Positions 37,286-49,059 of a DNA stretch of 49,504 bases are shown here, one piece after another. The first letter of the stretch is position 1. Each line of letters starts with the position of its first letter. A model generated the notes under the pieces. It was not told where the DNA came from. It ran no database searches and saw nothing but the letters and a program-made list of their open reading frames with translations. The stretch covers positions 73,365,894-73,415,397 of the forward strand of contig NC_057711.1 in the NCBI RefSeq assembly GCF_004010195.1, read 5' to 3'. The stretch is from Chiloscyllium plagiosum. Its lineage: Eukaryota. The translations under genes and the position numbers were made by a program.

Positions 37286-39678
37286 CTGATTCTTATGAGG
37301 TAACAGGAGTTGCCAATCTAACAAAGCTACTGATCATCTCTAAGTGGTATTAACATTGTTTTGCTGAAGTACTTAGCTCAGCAGGCATTCATGTAATGAG
37401 GTGACCTGGTACGTGTACATACAGAGGCAGTGCGTGTTTGCCTAGTTGAAAAATTTCTCAATTCATGCGTCTAAAGCTAAATGGATCTTCATTCAATATT
37501 TTCCTGAAATGACACCATGTGCTTTGTACTGTTTCATTGTTGATAGATATTCTAACTCCAATGCTGTAGTGAATTTTGTGCAAAGAATTTGCTCTGCAAG
37601 AGTTAATAAACGCTTTTGTTTAGTTCCAACCAATGAGATATAAATGATTGTCTCTGGGATGAATTAGTCAGTCTGGTCAGCTGTTTGAGCTGTTCTAATT
37701 TGTTAGTTTTTCCTCTATTGTTGACAGCCATGTAACTTAAGAGGCATTGCTATCTCCTAAGAGATAACCAGGGTAACTTATAAAGTGCAATCTAGTTAAC
37801 TTGTCTAATGTTAATGTAACTTGCGACCGTACGCCAATGTAATTAATCAATACATATTAATAAAATTTGTGTCACTTCTGAAGACTTATCGATGGTTAAT
37901 CCTCATTATCGGACAACACAACAAATTAATAAAAGAATTCAGGAAATCAGGATATGGTTGTTTATTTCATATGCACGACAGGACAGTCAGTTTTATCACT
38001 ATGAAGTACAAAGCTCAGTCTGGTGGGCTTACAGATAAATCCAGTGTGTACAGAAAACTTTACAACGTTCATATTACAATTCCCACACTTCTCTCCAGGT
38101 GTCTGAGATTATCTGTTTCTCCCACAGTCTTTCACAGGCATTGACTGCATTTTACCCAAAGCCAATACGATCCTGCAGATAGTTCAGCTTCTACATTACT
38201 GCACCTGACTGCCTGCATGTCTTATTTGTTATCCTTTCTTTGTCTATTCATCATGCCAACTCACTTTGCTATTACTGACAATATGACAAGCTTTAATCCA
38301 CAACTACTTAACCCCTTCAATCCTTCACCACTTAATACTAGTAAGCCCTGGGGACTAGCATTACAAGAGGAGCTGGTGGCAGCAAAGCTACCTGAAAGAT
38401 GATCCGAGCAGAACAAAGAGCCTGATGAGCATTGTGGTACTCTTGATATATCAATGTACATAAGCATACTGTTTTTAATGGTTGACTGCTACATATTAAT
38501 GCAGATCAAGTTTTCTTCCTTCTCAAGCTAACCTGTACTGGTAACAGGAAGGTCTATGTCACCATAGACACCGATACTGACAGCATGAAACAAGCTAAGG
38601 TTAATAGGAACTTCCAGTCTTTGTGTAGCTAACTCAGCCAAGAGTCAAGGGTCATCACTCAGTATTTTTCTTCCTGCTCCCCAAAATGTAGTCACCATTT
38701 GGACAGAGCAAGAGGACAAAAAAGGTTTACAGTTGTATAATGTCTTTCAAAACTTTGCAACAAATTGTTTTACAATGACTTTTTCACTCAGTTATTTTTA
38801 GAGTAATCAATCATTCTTGTATACAAAGGTGGCAGCCAGCATGATCATATTGTCGGCACTTTTGTAATGGCCTAATAATATTTGAGGTGGTATTGGTTGA
38901 GGGATTCAATACGCAAGCACTAACCCTACTTCCATGTCTAACCTGCGCCTCGATCTCTTTCAGACCAACTTTCATTTTGACACTGCTCTGCTTCAATCAT
39001 GAATTCTAGCTCATGCATTTCTCAGATTCTCAATCTGTCTAAAAGACAAACAATTATCCTGCTCCTTTTCCGAAATCACTTACATATGTTCGTATTTAAC
39101 ATCCCCCCATTTTAGATCTTTGAACCATTATTAAGCATGTACCTATCTACCCTTTTTAATTATTTCATAACTTTAAACACTTCTTGTAGAATCCTTCTAG
39201 AAATCTGTGTTAAAGACTTCTGTTTTGTCCTCAGAGATATTTGTGTTCCACCATCCAAGGAGCATCTGAGTGATTTTCTTTATTGCCTCATCAGGACTTC
39301 CAGAAATCTAGAGTCCAAAACTACACCATCAGACTCAATGTTACCCACCTGCCTAGTACCTTGATGCCATAACAATATTCTGTTAGCATTTCATCTCACT
39401 TGAATTGCTGTTTTCAAGGTCTGGTTATCCTAGGTCCCTCTATTCTTCCATATTCATCAGATTTCTCATGCAAATGCAATTCTTCAAACAGATTCTATTT
39501 GAATTACTATCAAATTTTATCTCACTGTTCCACCATTTTATCAACATCTCCTCATGGTTTACTTGATCTCAAGATTACCTTCTTTACTTATTTTAGTATC
39601 CTTGCAGATTTAGACACAACTCCCTTTAGACCCATGTTCAAACTATTTCTTTATACACTAAACAGGAATAGTTCAGAT

Positions 39679-39984
39679 GGGCGGCACGGTGGCACAGCAG
39701 TTAGCACTGCTGCCTCACAGCGCCAGAGATCTGGGTTTGATTCCTGCCTCAGGCAAATCTCTGTGTGGAGTTTGCACATTCTCCCAGTGTCTGCGTGGGT
39801 TTTCTCCGGGTGCTCCGGTTTCCTCCCACAATCCAAAAATGTGCAGGTTAGGTGAATTGGCCATGCTAAACTGCCCATAGTATTAGGTAAAGGGGTAAAT
39901 GTAGGGGAATGGGTCTGGGTGGGTTACGGGTCGGTGTGGACTTGTTGGGCCGAAGGGCCTGTTTCCACACTGTAAATAATCTAA
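39679..39984 (+). mobile_element. HE1-like SINE, full length, well preserved
   Basis: GGGCGGCACGGTGGCACAGCAGTTAGC head, B box GGTTTGATTCC, TAATCTAA tail, TSD-like AATAGTTCAGAT/AAAAGTTCAAAT. Confidence 0.92.
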
Positions 39985-40459
39985 AAAAGTTCAAATTATA
40001 AATTCTTAAGATGTAGAATTATTTAAATGGGCAAAGAAACTAATTAACATCTGCCTTTTTTCCCCCTATTTAAACAGTTTTAACATCCAAATTGTTGCCT
40101 ATGTTATGATACCGAACAATCTTCTCCAATTGTGACCTTTGTTATATCCTCTCAAAGGTTTTCTTAAAACTAAGCCACACTTTGTCCACTGCATTCTCTA
40201 TTGCTTCTCCCTACAAAAAAAATCAAATTTTGAGCAGAATTTTCTCTTCTAAAATTTAATTTTTAATTTCTCAAAAATGTACTTTCTCACTTTCTCGTAT
40301 TAAATCAAGAGGTGAAGATTTTCATTTTGCAGTCAAATTGTGTACAAGAAACAACATTTTAAAAAAAAAGTGGTACTCAATTTATACAACATGAGAGGAT
40401 GGTGCTGATTGATTGGGTCATCATTGGCGTGGAGATGCAGGAGGAACAGTCATCTGTCA

Positions 40460-40835
40460 AATAAAAGCAAAATACTGCAGAAGATCTGAAATAAAAACAA
40501 AGTGCTAGAGAAATTCAGTAAGTCTGGCAGCATCTAATATGCATAGAACTGCAGGAATCAAATACCACAATGCAACTGTGAAACTTAAGTTGAGTTAATT
40601 AAATTAATTTGGAATCTAAAAAAATTAAAGGAGACCCTCATAACAAAATTGCTGAGAAAATCACATGGTTCACTAATTTAATACAACAAAGGAAATCTGT
40701 TGTTTTTATCAAATCTGACTGGTGTATGACTCTAGACCCAAGGCACATGGCTAACTCTTAACAACCTTCTGAAATAGCCTAACAAACCATTCTATTGTAC
40801 AGAGATAGGCAACTGCTTTGCCAGTAATATATGAA
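40460..40835. mobile_element. PLE mini-element remnant followed by a second-family SINE remnant
   Basis: 40460-40535 resembles 3120-3200; 40545-40835 resembles 21480-21770. Confidence 0.5.
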
Positions 40836-40855
40836 TGCTTTAGAGTTTTTTTTCA

Positions 40856-43495
40856 TGGGATCTTGATCAGATGGGTCAATGGGCTTAGGAGTGGCAGATA
40901 TAGTTTAATTTAGATAAATATGAGGTGCTGCATTTTGGAAGGGCAAATCAGAACAGGACTTATACACTTAATGGTAAGGTCCTGGCAAGAGTGGCTGAAC
41001 AAAGAGACCTTGGAGTGCAGGTTCATAGTTTCTTGGAAGTAGAGTCACAAGTAGATAGGATAGTGAAAGAAGCATTTGGTATGCTTTCCTTTATTGGTCA
41101 GAGTATTGAGTACAGGAGTTGGGAGGTCATGTTGCAGCTGTACAGGACATCAGTTAAGCCACTGTTGGAATATTGCATGAAATTCTAGTCTCATTCCTAT
41201 TGGAAGGACGTTGTGAAACTTGAAAAGGGTTCAGAAATGATTTTTGAGAATGTAACTATGAAGATGGACAAGGGAGAACCAGTTGATGTAGTGTACCTGG
41301 ACTCTCAGAAAGCCTTTGATAAAGTTCCACATAGGAGATTAGTGAACAAAAATGAAAGCACATGGTATTGGGGGCATGGATTGAAAATTGGCTGACTGAC
41401 AGGAAGCAAAGAGTAGTGATACACGGGTCCCTTTCGGAATGGCAGGCGGTGATCGGTGGGGTATCACAAGGTTCGATGCTGGGACTGCAGCTGTTTACAA
41501 TATACATTAATGATATAGATGAAGACATTAAAAGTAATATTAGCAAAATTTGCTGATGACACAAAGTTGGGTGGCAGGGTGAAATGTGAGGAGGATGTTA
41601 TGAGAATACAGGGTGACTTGGACAGACTGGGTGATGCATTGCAGTTGCAATTTAATGTGAATAAATGTGTGGTTATCCACTTTGGTGGCAAGAACAGGAA
41701 GGCAGATCACTATCTAAATGGAGTCAAGTTAGGTAAAGGGGAAGCACAATGGGATCTAGGTGTCCTTGTACATCAGTCAATGAAAGCAAGCGTGCAGGTA
41801 CAGCAGGCAGTGAAGAAAGCTAATAGCATGCTGGCCTTCATAACAAGAGGAATTGAGTATAGGAGCAAAGAGGTCCTTCTGCAGCTGTACAGGGCCCTGA
41901 TGAGACCGCACCTGGAGTACTGTGTGCAGTTCTGGTCTCCAAATTTGAGGAAAGACATTCTGGCTATTGAGGGAGTGCAGCATAGGTTCACGAGGTCAAT
42001 TCCTGGAATGGCAGGATTACCTTACACTGAAAGACTGAAGCGACTGGGCTTGTATACCCTTGAGTTTAGAAGAATGAGAGGGGATCTGATTGAGACATAT
42101 AAGATTATGAAAGGATTGGACACTCTAGCAGCAGGAAACATGTTTCTGCTGATGGGTGAGTGCCGAACCAGAGGACACAGCTTAAAAATACGGGGTAGAC
42201 CATTTAGGACAGAGATGAGGAGAAACATCTTCACCCAGAGAGTGGTGGCTGTGTGGAATGCTCTGACCCAGAGGGCAGTGGAGGCCCANNNNNNNNNNNN
42301 NNNNNNNNNNNNNNNNNNNNNNNNNNNNNNNNNNNNNNNNNNNNNNNNNNNNNNNNNNNNNNNNNNNNNNNNNNNNNNNNNNNNNNNNNNNNNNNNNNNN
42401 NNNNNNNNNNNNNNNAAGAGGAATTGAGTATAGGAGCAAAGAGGTCCTTCTGCAGCTGTACAGGGCCCTGATGAGACCGCACCTGGAGTATTGTGTGCAG
42501 TTTTGGTCTCCAAATTTGAGGAAGGACATTCTGGCTATTGAGGGAGTGCAATGTAGGTTCACGAGGTCAATTCTCAGAATGGTGGGACTATCATGTGTTG
42601 AAAGATTGGAGCAATTGGGCTTGTATACACTTGAGTGTAGAAGGATGAGAGGGGATCTGATTGAGACATAAGATTATTAAAGGATTGGACACTCTGGAGG
42701 CAGGAAGTATATTTCCGCTGATGGGCGAGTCCAGAACCGGAGGGCACAGTTTAAAAATAAGGGGTAAGCCATTTAGAACAGAGTTGAGGAGAAACTTCTT
42801 CACCCAGAGAGTGGTGGATATATGGAATGCTCTGCCCCAGAAGCCAGTGGAGTCCAAGTCCCTGGATACTTTCAAGAAAAAGAGATGGATAGAGCTCTTA
42901 AAGATAGTGGAATTAAGGGTTATGGGGATAAGGCAGGAACAGGATACTGATTGTGGATGATCAGCCATGATCCTAATGAACGGTGGTGCTGGCTCAAAAG
43001 GCCAAATGGCCTACTCCTGCACCTATTGTTTATTTACAAGAATGTTGCCAGATTTGGAATATTTGAGCGATAGGGAGAGGCTGAATAGGCTGGGGCTGTT
43101 TCCTCTGGAGTGTCAGAGGCTGAGGGGTAATTTATAGAGGTTTCTAAAATCATGAGGGGCATAGATAAGATAAATAGACAAATGTCTTTTCCCTGGGGTG
43201 GGGAGTCCAGGGCATAGATTTAGGGTGAGAGGGGAAAGATATAAAAGACCTAAGGGGCAACATTTTCAGCCAGAGGGTGGTGCGTGCAAGGAAAGAGCTG
43301 CCAAAGGAAGTGGTGGAGACAGGTACAATTACTGCTTTTAAAAAGCATCTGGATGGGTATATGAATGTGAAGTACTTGGAGGGATATGGGCCAAGTGCTG
43401 ACAAATGGGTCTAGATTAGGTTAGGATATCTGGTTGGCATGGATGAATTGGACCAAAGGATCGGTTTCCGTGCTGTTCATCTCTATGACTCTATA
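40856..43495 (+). mobile_element. HER1-like CR1 (40856-41243 and 43032-43495) split by a second CR1 family
   Basis: ORF 40925 LHFGRANQNRTYTLNG...RDLGVQVH; joining 41243 to 43036 restores LERVQKxFTRMLP. Confidence 0.88.
41244..43031 (+). mobile_element. Younger CR1 LINE RT/C-terminal region; segment repeated across N-gap 42289-42415
   Basis: VYLDSQKAFDKVPH, GVSQGSMLG, KFADD; open frame from 41519 to the gap; 3' tail ends at ~43031. Confidence 0.92.
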
Positions 43496-44896
43496 ACTCA
43501 GCAACCTACTCTCTAGCATAAAATTCTGCAAGCTGGAGAAGTGGTTTTGTGAAGCTTTGTCATTGATATTTAGAACATGCACTAACCACATTTGCTCCGA
43601 GCAAAAACAAAACCATGAGTAACTTGTGCTGACTGACTGGTAATTTTGCAATAAACTGACAGATCACAACTCACTAAAGTGAGCAGGTATGGTGTGAATT
43701 AGACTTTCTAGTTTCCTCAAACAACAATGTATTATGCCTTCAGGAAGTGTAACTAATGCATTTCATGTACTCACACACCCCTTCAGTATAAGATTCTGTA
43801 TATTCATGGTTATTTAACAGTAAAGCATAAAAATAGCAGTCCTCTAAATAATAATTTAATTCCCATTAGGATGGATACTAACAATTGTGCATTCAACAAG
43901 TTTTACTTTACTGTAGGGAAATTATTACAACATGCAGATTACAGATTCCAAATATGATTGCAGTGTATTTCTTCAAAAACTAATTTTCCCACCCTGGCAA
44001 TAAGTCACAGTTTCAAAATCACATCATCCCCGTTCTGCACTTCTCCAAGTAGTTTATCATTGTTCCTTTAGAATACCATTCCAGACTCTCAGCAATTTGC
44101 TGACAATGGAATATCAAGCCAAATGACCTTTAAATTTTCCTTAAATCATCTTTTATAGATCAGTATTATTTTCTTTTCTTAATTCCTCAAGAATGGTCCC
44201 CATATTCTACAATTCCCTATCAATTTATCATAAGACATATCTAATTCCTTTACTTTCAGAAAAATTGAAGGAAGGATACATTCTGAATCCGTCAAATCAT
44301 TTTTAGTGACTTTTTTCCTTACACACTTACCATCCCACTCTAAAAGCACAATTCTATTAGAGTTGAAAGACTGTGTAAGGCAGTAAATCTGTTGGACTAT
44401 AACTTGGTGCTGTGTGATTTCAGACTTTATTATGGATAAAAATGACTCACTTAAAATATTTGCTATTCCTTTAGAAAATATCAATTTTGAGTCTGACTGG
44501 TGCTGTGACAGTTCGTTTGAAAAACTTTATTTTTATAACAAAACCTTTTTATTTGTTCCTCACAGAAATCCACTCTTTTTGGCTCTTTTGACCAGCTTGT
44601 CTTCTGTCACCTTCTAAACAATGAGAAGGAATACAACATATACTTGATGAAGCAATTCATAAGTTGTTGCCTGTTAACTTAGTCTTCAAATACTTATTTC
44701 ACAAGCTTACGCCCAAGTTTTGTACATTTCCTATTTCAGGATAAAAGGAAATTCAGGATGCAGTAAAAGTAATCACAGATCATTAATGGTATGTTAAAAA
44801 TATTGGTACAGCACCAGTATAAGATAGATATGTGTCATATGGGAAACATGCAAGATGAGAAGACAGCATTAGTGAGAAGAGTGACAGTGTTGTAAA

Positions 44897-46360
44897 AAGT
44901 TAAAAATCACAACACCAGCTTATAGTCCAACAGGTTTATTTGAAATACAAACTTTTGAAGCGCTGCTCCTTCACCAGGTAGCTAGTGGGGCAAGTACACA
45001 GGATACAGAATTCATAAGTAAATGGTCAAAGTTTGATACAACTGAAGCAATGGATTTGACAAACCTAAATGGCTGTTAAGTCTTTAATCACTTAGACTGG
45101 GGATGCAGGTTACAACTGATTAATATGTAAATCCCAGAAAGTCTTTCAAATCACAACCCCAAATAACTTAAAGGTTTTACCAGTGGATAAAAAAAGGTGA
45201 CATCTCGGCTCAGACAATACATTATAGGTGTGAGGTTAGTGTCTGTCTGTATCCCAATCTAGAGTCAGACTGGTTTTATTTCCAAAGTAGGAATTTATAA
45301 AACATCAAATGGACTGACTGCCTACAGATTGTGTGGTTTGTGAACAAAATAAAATGTATCTGCAAATGCAAATTCACCCCAATAGAATTGTGTTTGTCTG
45401 GGGGGGGGGGGGGCGCGCAGAAGTTGGAAAGTGAGAGAGAGACAGAGATACAGACAGAATGCAGACGCTATGACAACAGATGAATGGAGACCGTGCAACA
45501 ATCATGAGACAGGAATGTTCCCTTCCAGTTGGGGAACACTTCAGCAGTCAGGGGCATTTGGCCTCGGATCTTCGGGTGACCGTCCTCCAAGGCTGACTTC
45601 AGGATACCCAACAACGCAGTGTCGCTGTGCAGAGGCTGATGGCCAAGTTCCATACCCATTGGGATGGCCTCAACCGGGATCTTGGGTTCATGTCACAATA
45701 TAGGTAACCCCATCACACTACGCACACCTACACCCACACTCGTATATAGACCCTCTCTCTCTCACACACACACCCTCACAGACATTTACTCTATCACACA
45801 CGTTCTCTCTCTCCCTCACACACAAGTCTATTTGATGACTCTGCATATTTGTATTCGCAGATACATTCTGTTTTGTTAAAAAAAAATCACAACCTGTAGG
45901 CAGTCAGTCCATGTGGCATTTTATGGATTCCTAACTTAGAAGTAAAACAAGTCCGACTCCAGTTTGAGATACAGACAGACTTTAACCTCACACCTTAAAT
46001 GCACTGTCAGACCTAAGATGTCACTTTTTTAAAATTCATTGTTAAAACATTAAGTTATCTTGGGGCTGTAACTTGAAAGAACTTCTGGGATTTACATATT
46101 AAATCAATTGTAACCTGCATTCCCTATTCTAAAGTGATTGAAGACTTAACAGTAATCTAGGTTTGTCAGTTGTATCAGTTGTATGACACTTTGATCTTTT
46201 ACTTACAAATTCTATGTCCTATGTACCTGCCCCACTAGCTACCTGACAAAGGAGCAGCGCTCTGAAATTTTATACTTTCAAATAAACCTGTTGGACTCTA
46301 AACTGGCGTTTTGAGATTTTTAATTTTGCCCACCCTGTCCAACACGGCACTTCCACATCA
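44897..46360. mobile_element. Large palindromic PLE derivative with GIY-YIG C-terminal remnant
   Basis: Arms ~44897-45372 and ~45840-46326 are inverted; centre encodes QMNGDRATI...EHFSSQGHLASDLRVTVLQG*...DGLNRDLGFMS; degenerate HHRs at ~44955-44980 and ~46240-46270; ~35-nt tail on the right only. Confidence 0.85.
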
Positions 46361-47450
46361 CATTGCTGCATTACAGAGTAGTAGAATGTCACAGCGATCC
46401 TCAGCATGCTGTATGGTTGTTCTGTCTTTTATCCCCGAGGGTAGAATGAATATAATTCTATGTTCAAACTATTCTCACATATTAATCACTTTCTCAAGAA
46501 TACATAAAGAGACCTCTGAAATAACCGAGATCAAGTAAAAGGGAAGCAACACATAAAAACCTGAACTTTTTCAAAAACATGTTCTGCTTGATGTACTGCA
46601 CAATAAATTCTATCTACAAAAATGTATAAAATCTATTTTTAATAGAGTACCAGATTCTCAAAATAATTCTGCGGACATGTACCTTGTGGCTGAGCATATG
46701 TTTGAATTGTCAGCAGAATCAAATCCCTTCAGCACAACATATCGTTTATAATCCTGCTGACCAGCATGGAACAATAGGGTAGGAGTTACAACTCATCAGG
46801 TTTATATAATCCCAAACCATTCCCTCTGCCTGGCACCAATCTACCTAATAGCTTCATCAGGTCGGAGATTTAGCAAGACTAACTTTTGTGAATCAGCCAC
46901 TTCTCTTAATTGCTTAGTCCTTTATATGGAGTTAAATTTTAATTCTGAAACAAACAATGTGAATACTTATTTCTGTGAGCACTGAAAACAATATTTTACA
47001 AATAACGTTCAAGTCCTGTGAAATCTTCAGTGGGGTGAATGGGAACAGGCTTAGGACTGCAGTTGGGCACATTTATTGGTCATCTACTATTATTCAGATT
47101 TAAAATCAATTTAAAAATGAATATGACTGATAAACAAAGTATCTTGGGCTCAAAACATGGCTGAAACTTACTGTTTTTGGTTAAGTACAAATTGTATTGA
47201 AATTATTGAAGGGATTCTTATGTTGCCCAGCAAGTTTCCCACTGAATTTTACCAAACCCGTCAAATTAGTTGTTGTTCCCACCCCTATGCCAGGTATCAC
47301 AGCCGACCTTTGTCCTATTCTACCACTCACTGTCCAAGAACAATTTGCCACTCACTGGAAATCTGCACTTTCTTTTGTCTCTATCTGAAATTGACTGGTA
47401 TCCTTGGTGGATACACCAACTATAAAAGCCAGTTATGCACCCAGACAAAT

Positions 47451-47644
47451 TTAAAAGTCACACAATACCGGGTTATAGTCCAACAGGGTTAACTGGAAGC
47501 ACTAGCTTTCAGAGCGCTGCTCCTTCATAAGGAGCAGCACTCCGAAAGCGAGCGCTTCCAATTAAACCTGTTGGACTATAACCTGGTGTTGTGTGATTTG
47601 TAACTTTGTACACCCCAGTCCAACACCGGCATCTCCAAATCATG
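47451..47644. mobile_element. Collapsed palindromic PLE derivative (194 bp)
   Basis: Arms meet at GCTGCTCCTT-CAT-AAGGAGCAGC; 12-bp direct repeat ACCCAGACAAAT (47439-47450, 47645-47656); same family as 33215-33961. Confidence 0.88.
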
Positions 47645-48942
47645 ACCCAGACAAATGCTATCAGTCCCGAGCTGCCTTGCATTATCCCTGACATTTGTCC
47701 TGGACGTGGCAGATGGGGGAAGTGGATGCTTTGCTTTACAGGCAACATCCTGAAGGCCCTGGGTGCTTCATAGGTGGGATTTATTTGTTCCCCAGGATCA
47801 GCATTGGAGACTGCAACATCATATCACACCAGTCTGTCTGAAGCTGCTGTCTGGTGTAATGTCTAGGACTGTAGGAAGTAGGTTAATGTCCTCTTCTCTC
47901 TGCCATTGTGTGTTACATCGACTTTTCCCCAGTAGCTCACACTATCTCTGCTCTGTACCCAGCACCCACTAAAGGGCTCTACCACTCTCATCATTTCCTG
48001 CAACATTTTCCCTGTGCTCTCTCACCACTAACCCTGTAGGCCTTCTGCATTGCTTACATGCTCATTATGAACACTCCCCACCCGCACCAATATCTGTGTC
48101 GCCAACTTTCATCTCCCGTGATACTTGTCCATTATCCATTAACTTATGAGGAAAACAATCCCACATAGAACAAAATGAGTCAAGGGGAGTGCTGTGCTGC
48201 CCATCATTTGGCCCTTCAACCTTCATGAGGAGATTATCCTGACTCTGACCATCCTGAGCAGGACCTGCACTAAGACTGGACGCTGCCCTTGACTTTCTGT
48301 GCTAGGACACCCTGAGCAAAGACATCCCCCTTGACTTGACTGACGCCTGCTGGCAACTATGACAAGCTTCCTGGCTTTGTATCTGCAACAAACATGGCAA
48401 GATAGTTGTAACTGGACATTGGTATCTCTGGCTGATGGGGCGCAGTACAAAAACAAGGCAAGGTGAAGTAATGCAAGGCTGAGATGCTGTGACAATCCAG
48501 GCAGGCTTAAAGTGGGCAAGTGCTAGGACTGTGATAGGGCCTGTTGAGGCAGCCTGGTCTAGTCCATGATCTGGGTGCACTCCCAAAGTGCACAGTGTCC
48601 TTGCTGTAGCAGTACAATGATAGTTGCCAATGTAGTTCAGGTGTAGCCTGAATAACACTGAAGTGCAGAGGTATCCTTTATATGGATTGCAAATGTGACA
48701 TGAGGAATCTTAAAGGATAGCACACTGTACTCCAACATATACTTCAATTGAAAAAGACAAGCGTCCCACATACCTTAGTTACCCAATTCACTTGTCCTGT
48801 TACCTTCAGAAATCTGTGAACAAGCTTCCCAACACCGTTCTGTTCCTGAGCTTCTTATATCCTGATATTCACAGAGAACTCCATTGACTTATCACTTCTT
48901 CCAAAGTGCATTAACTCACATTTATCAGGGTTAAATTCCACT

Positions 48943-49031
48943 GGTCAAGAGTATGTTGCTGAAAAAGCACAGGTCAGTCTGCATCCGAGGAGCAGGACAG
49001 TTGACGTTTCAGGCAAAAGCCCTCCATCAGA
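48943..49031 (-). mobile_element. 89-bp PLE mini-element inserted in an old CR1 fragment
   Basis: 10-bp direct repeat AAATTCCACT (48933-48942, 49032-49041); minus strand CTGATGG-AGGGCTTTTGCCT-GAAA-CGTC. Confidence 0.8.
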
Positions 49032-49059
49032 AAATTCCACTTGGCCAACCTGTCTATAT

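Noticed and set aside
39000..40310. Pyrimidine-skewed tract suggesting an old minus-strand retroelement ORF
   Set aside because: No motif could be recovered with confidence.
41519..42427. 302-aa ORF as a host gene
   Set aside because: It is CR1 ORF2 (KFADD, RPHLEYCVQFWSP) and is extended artificially through Ns.
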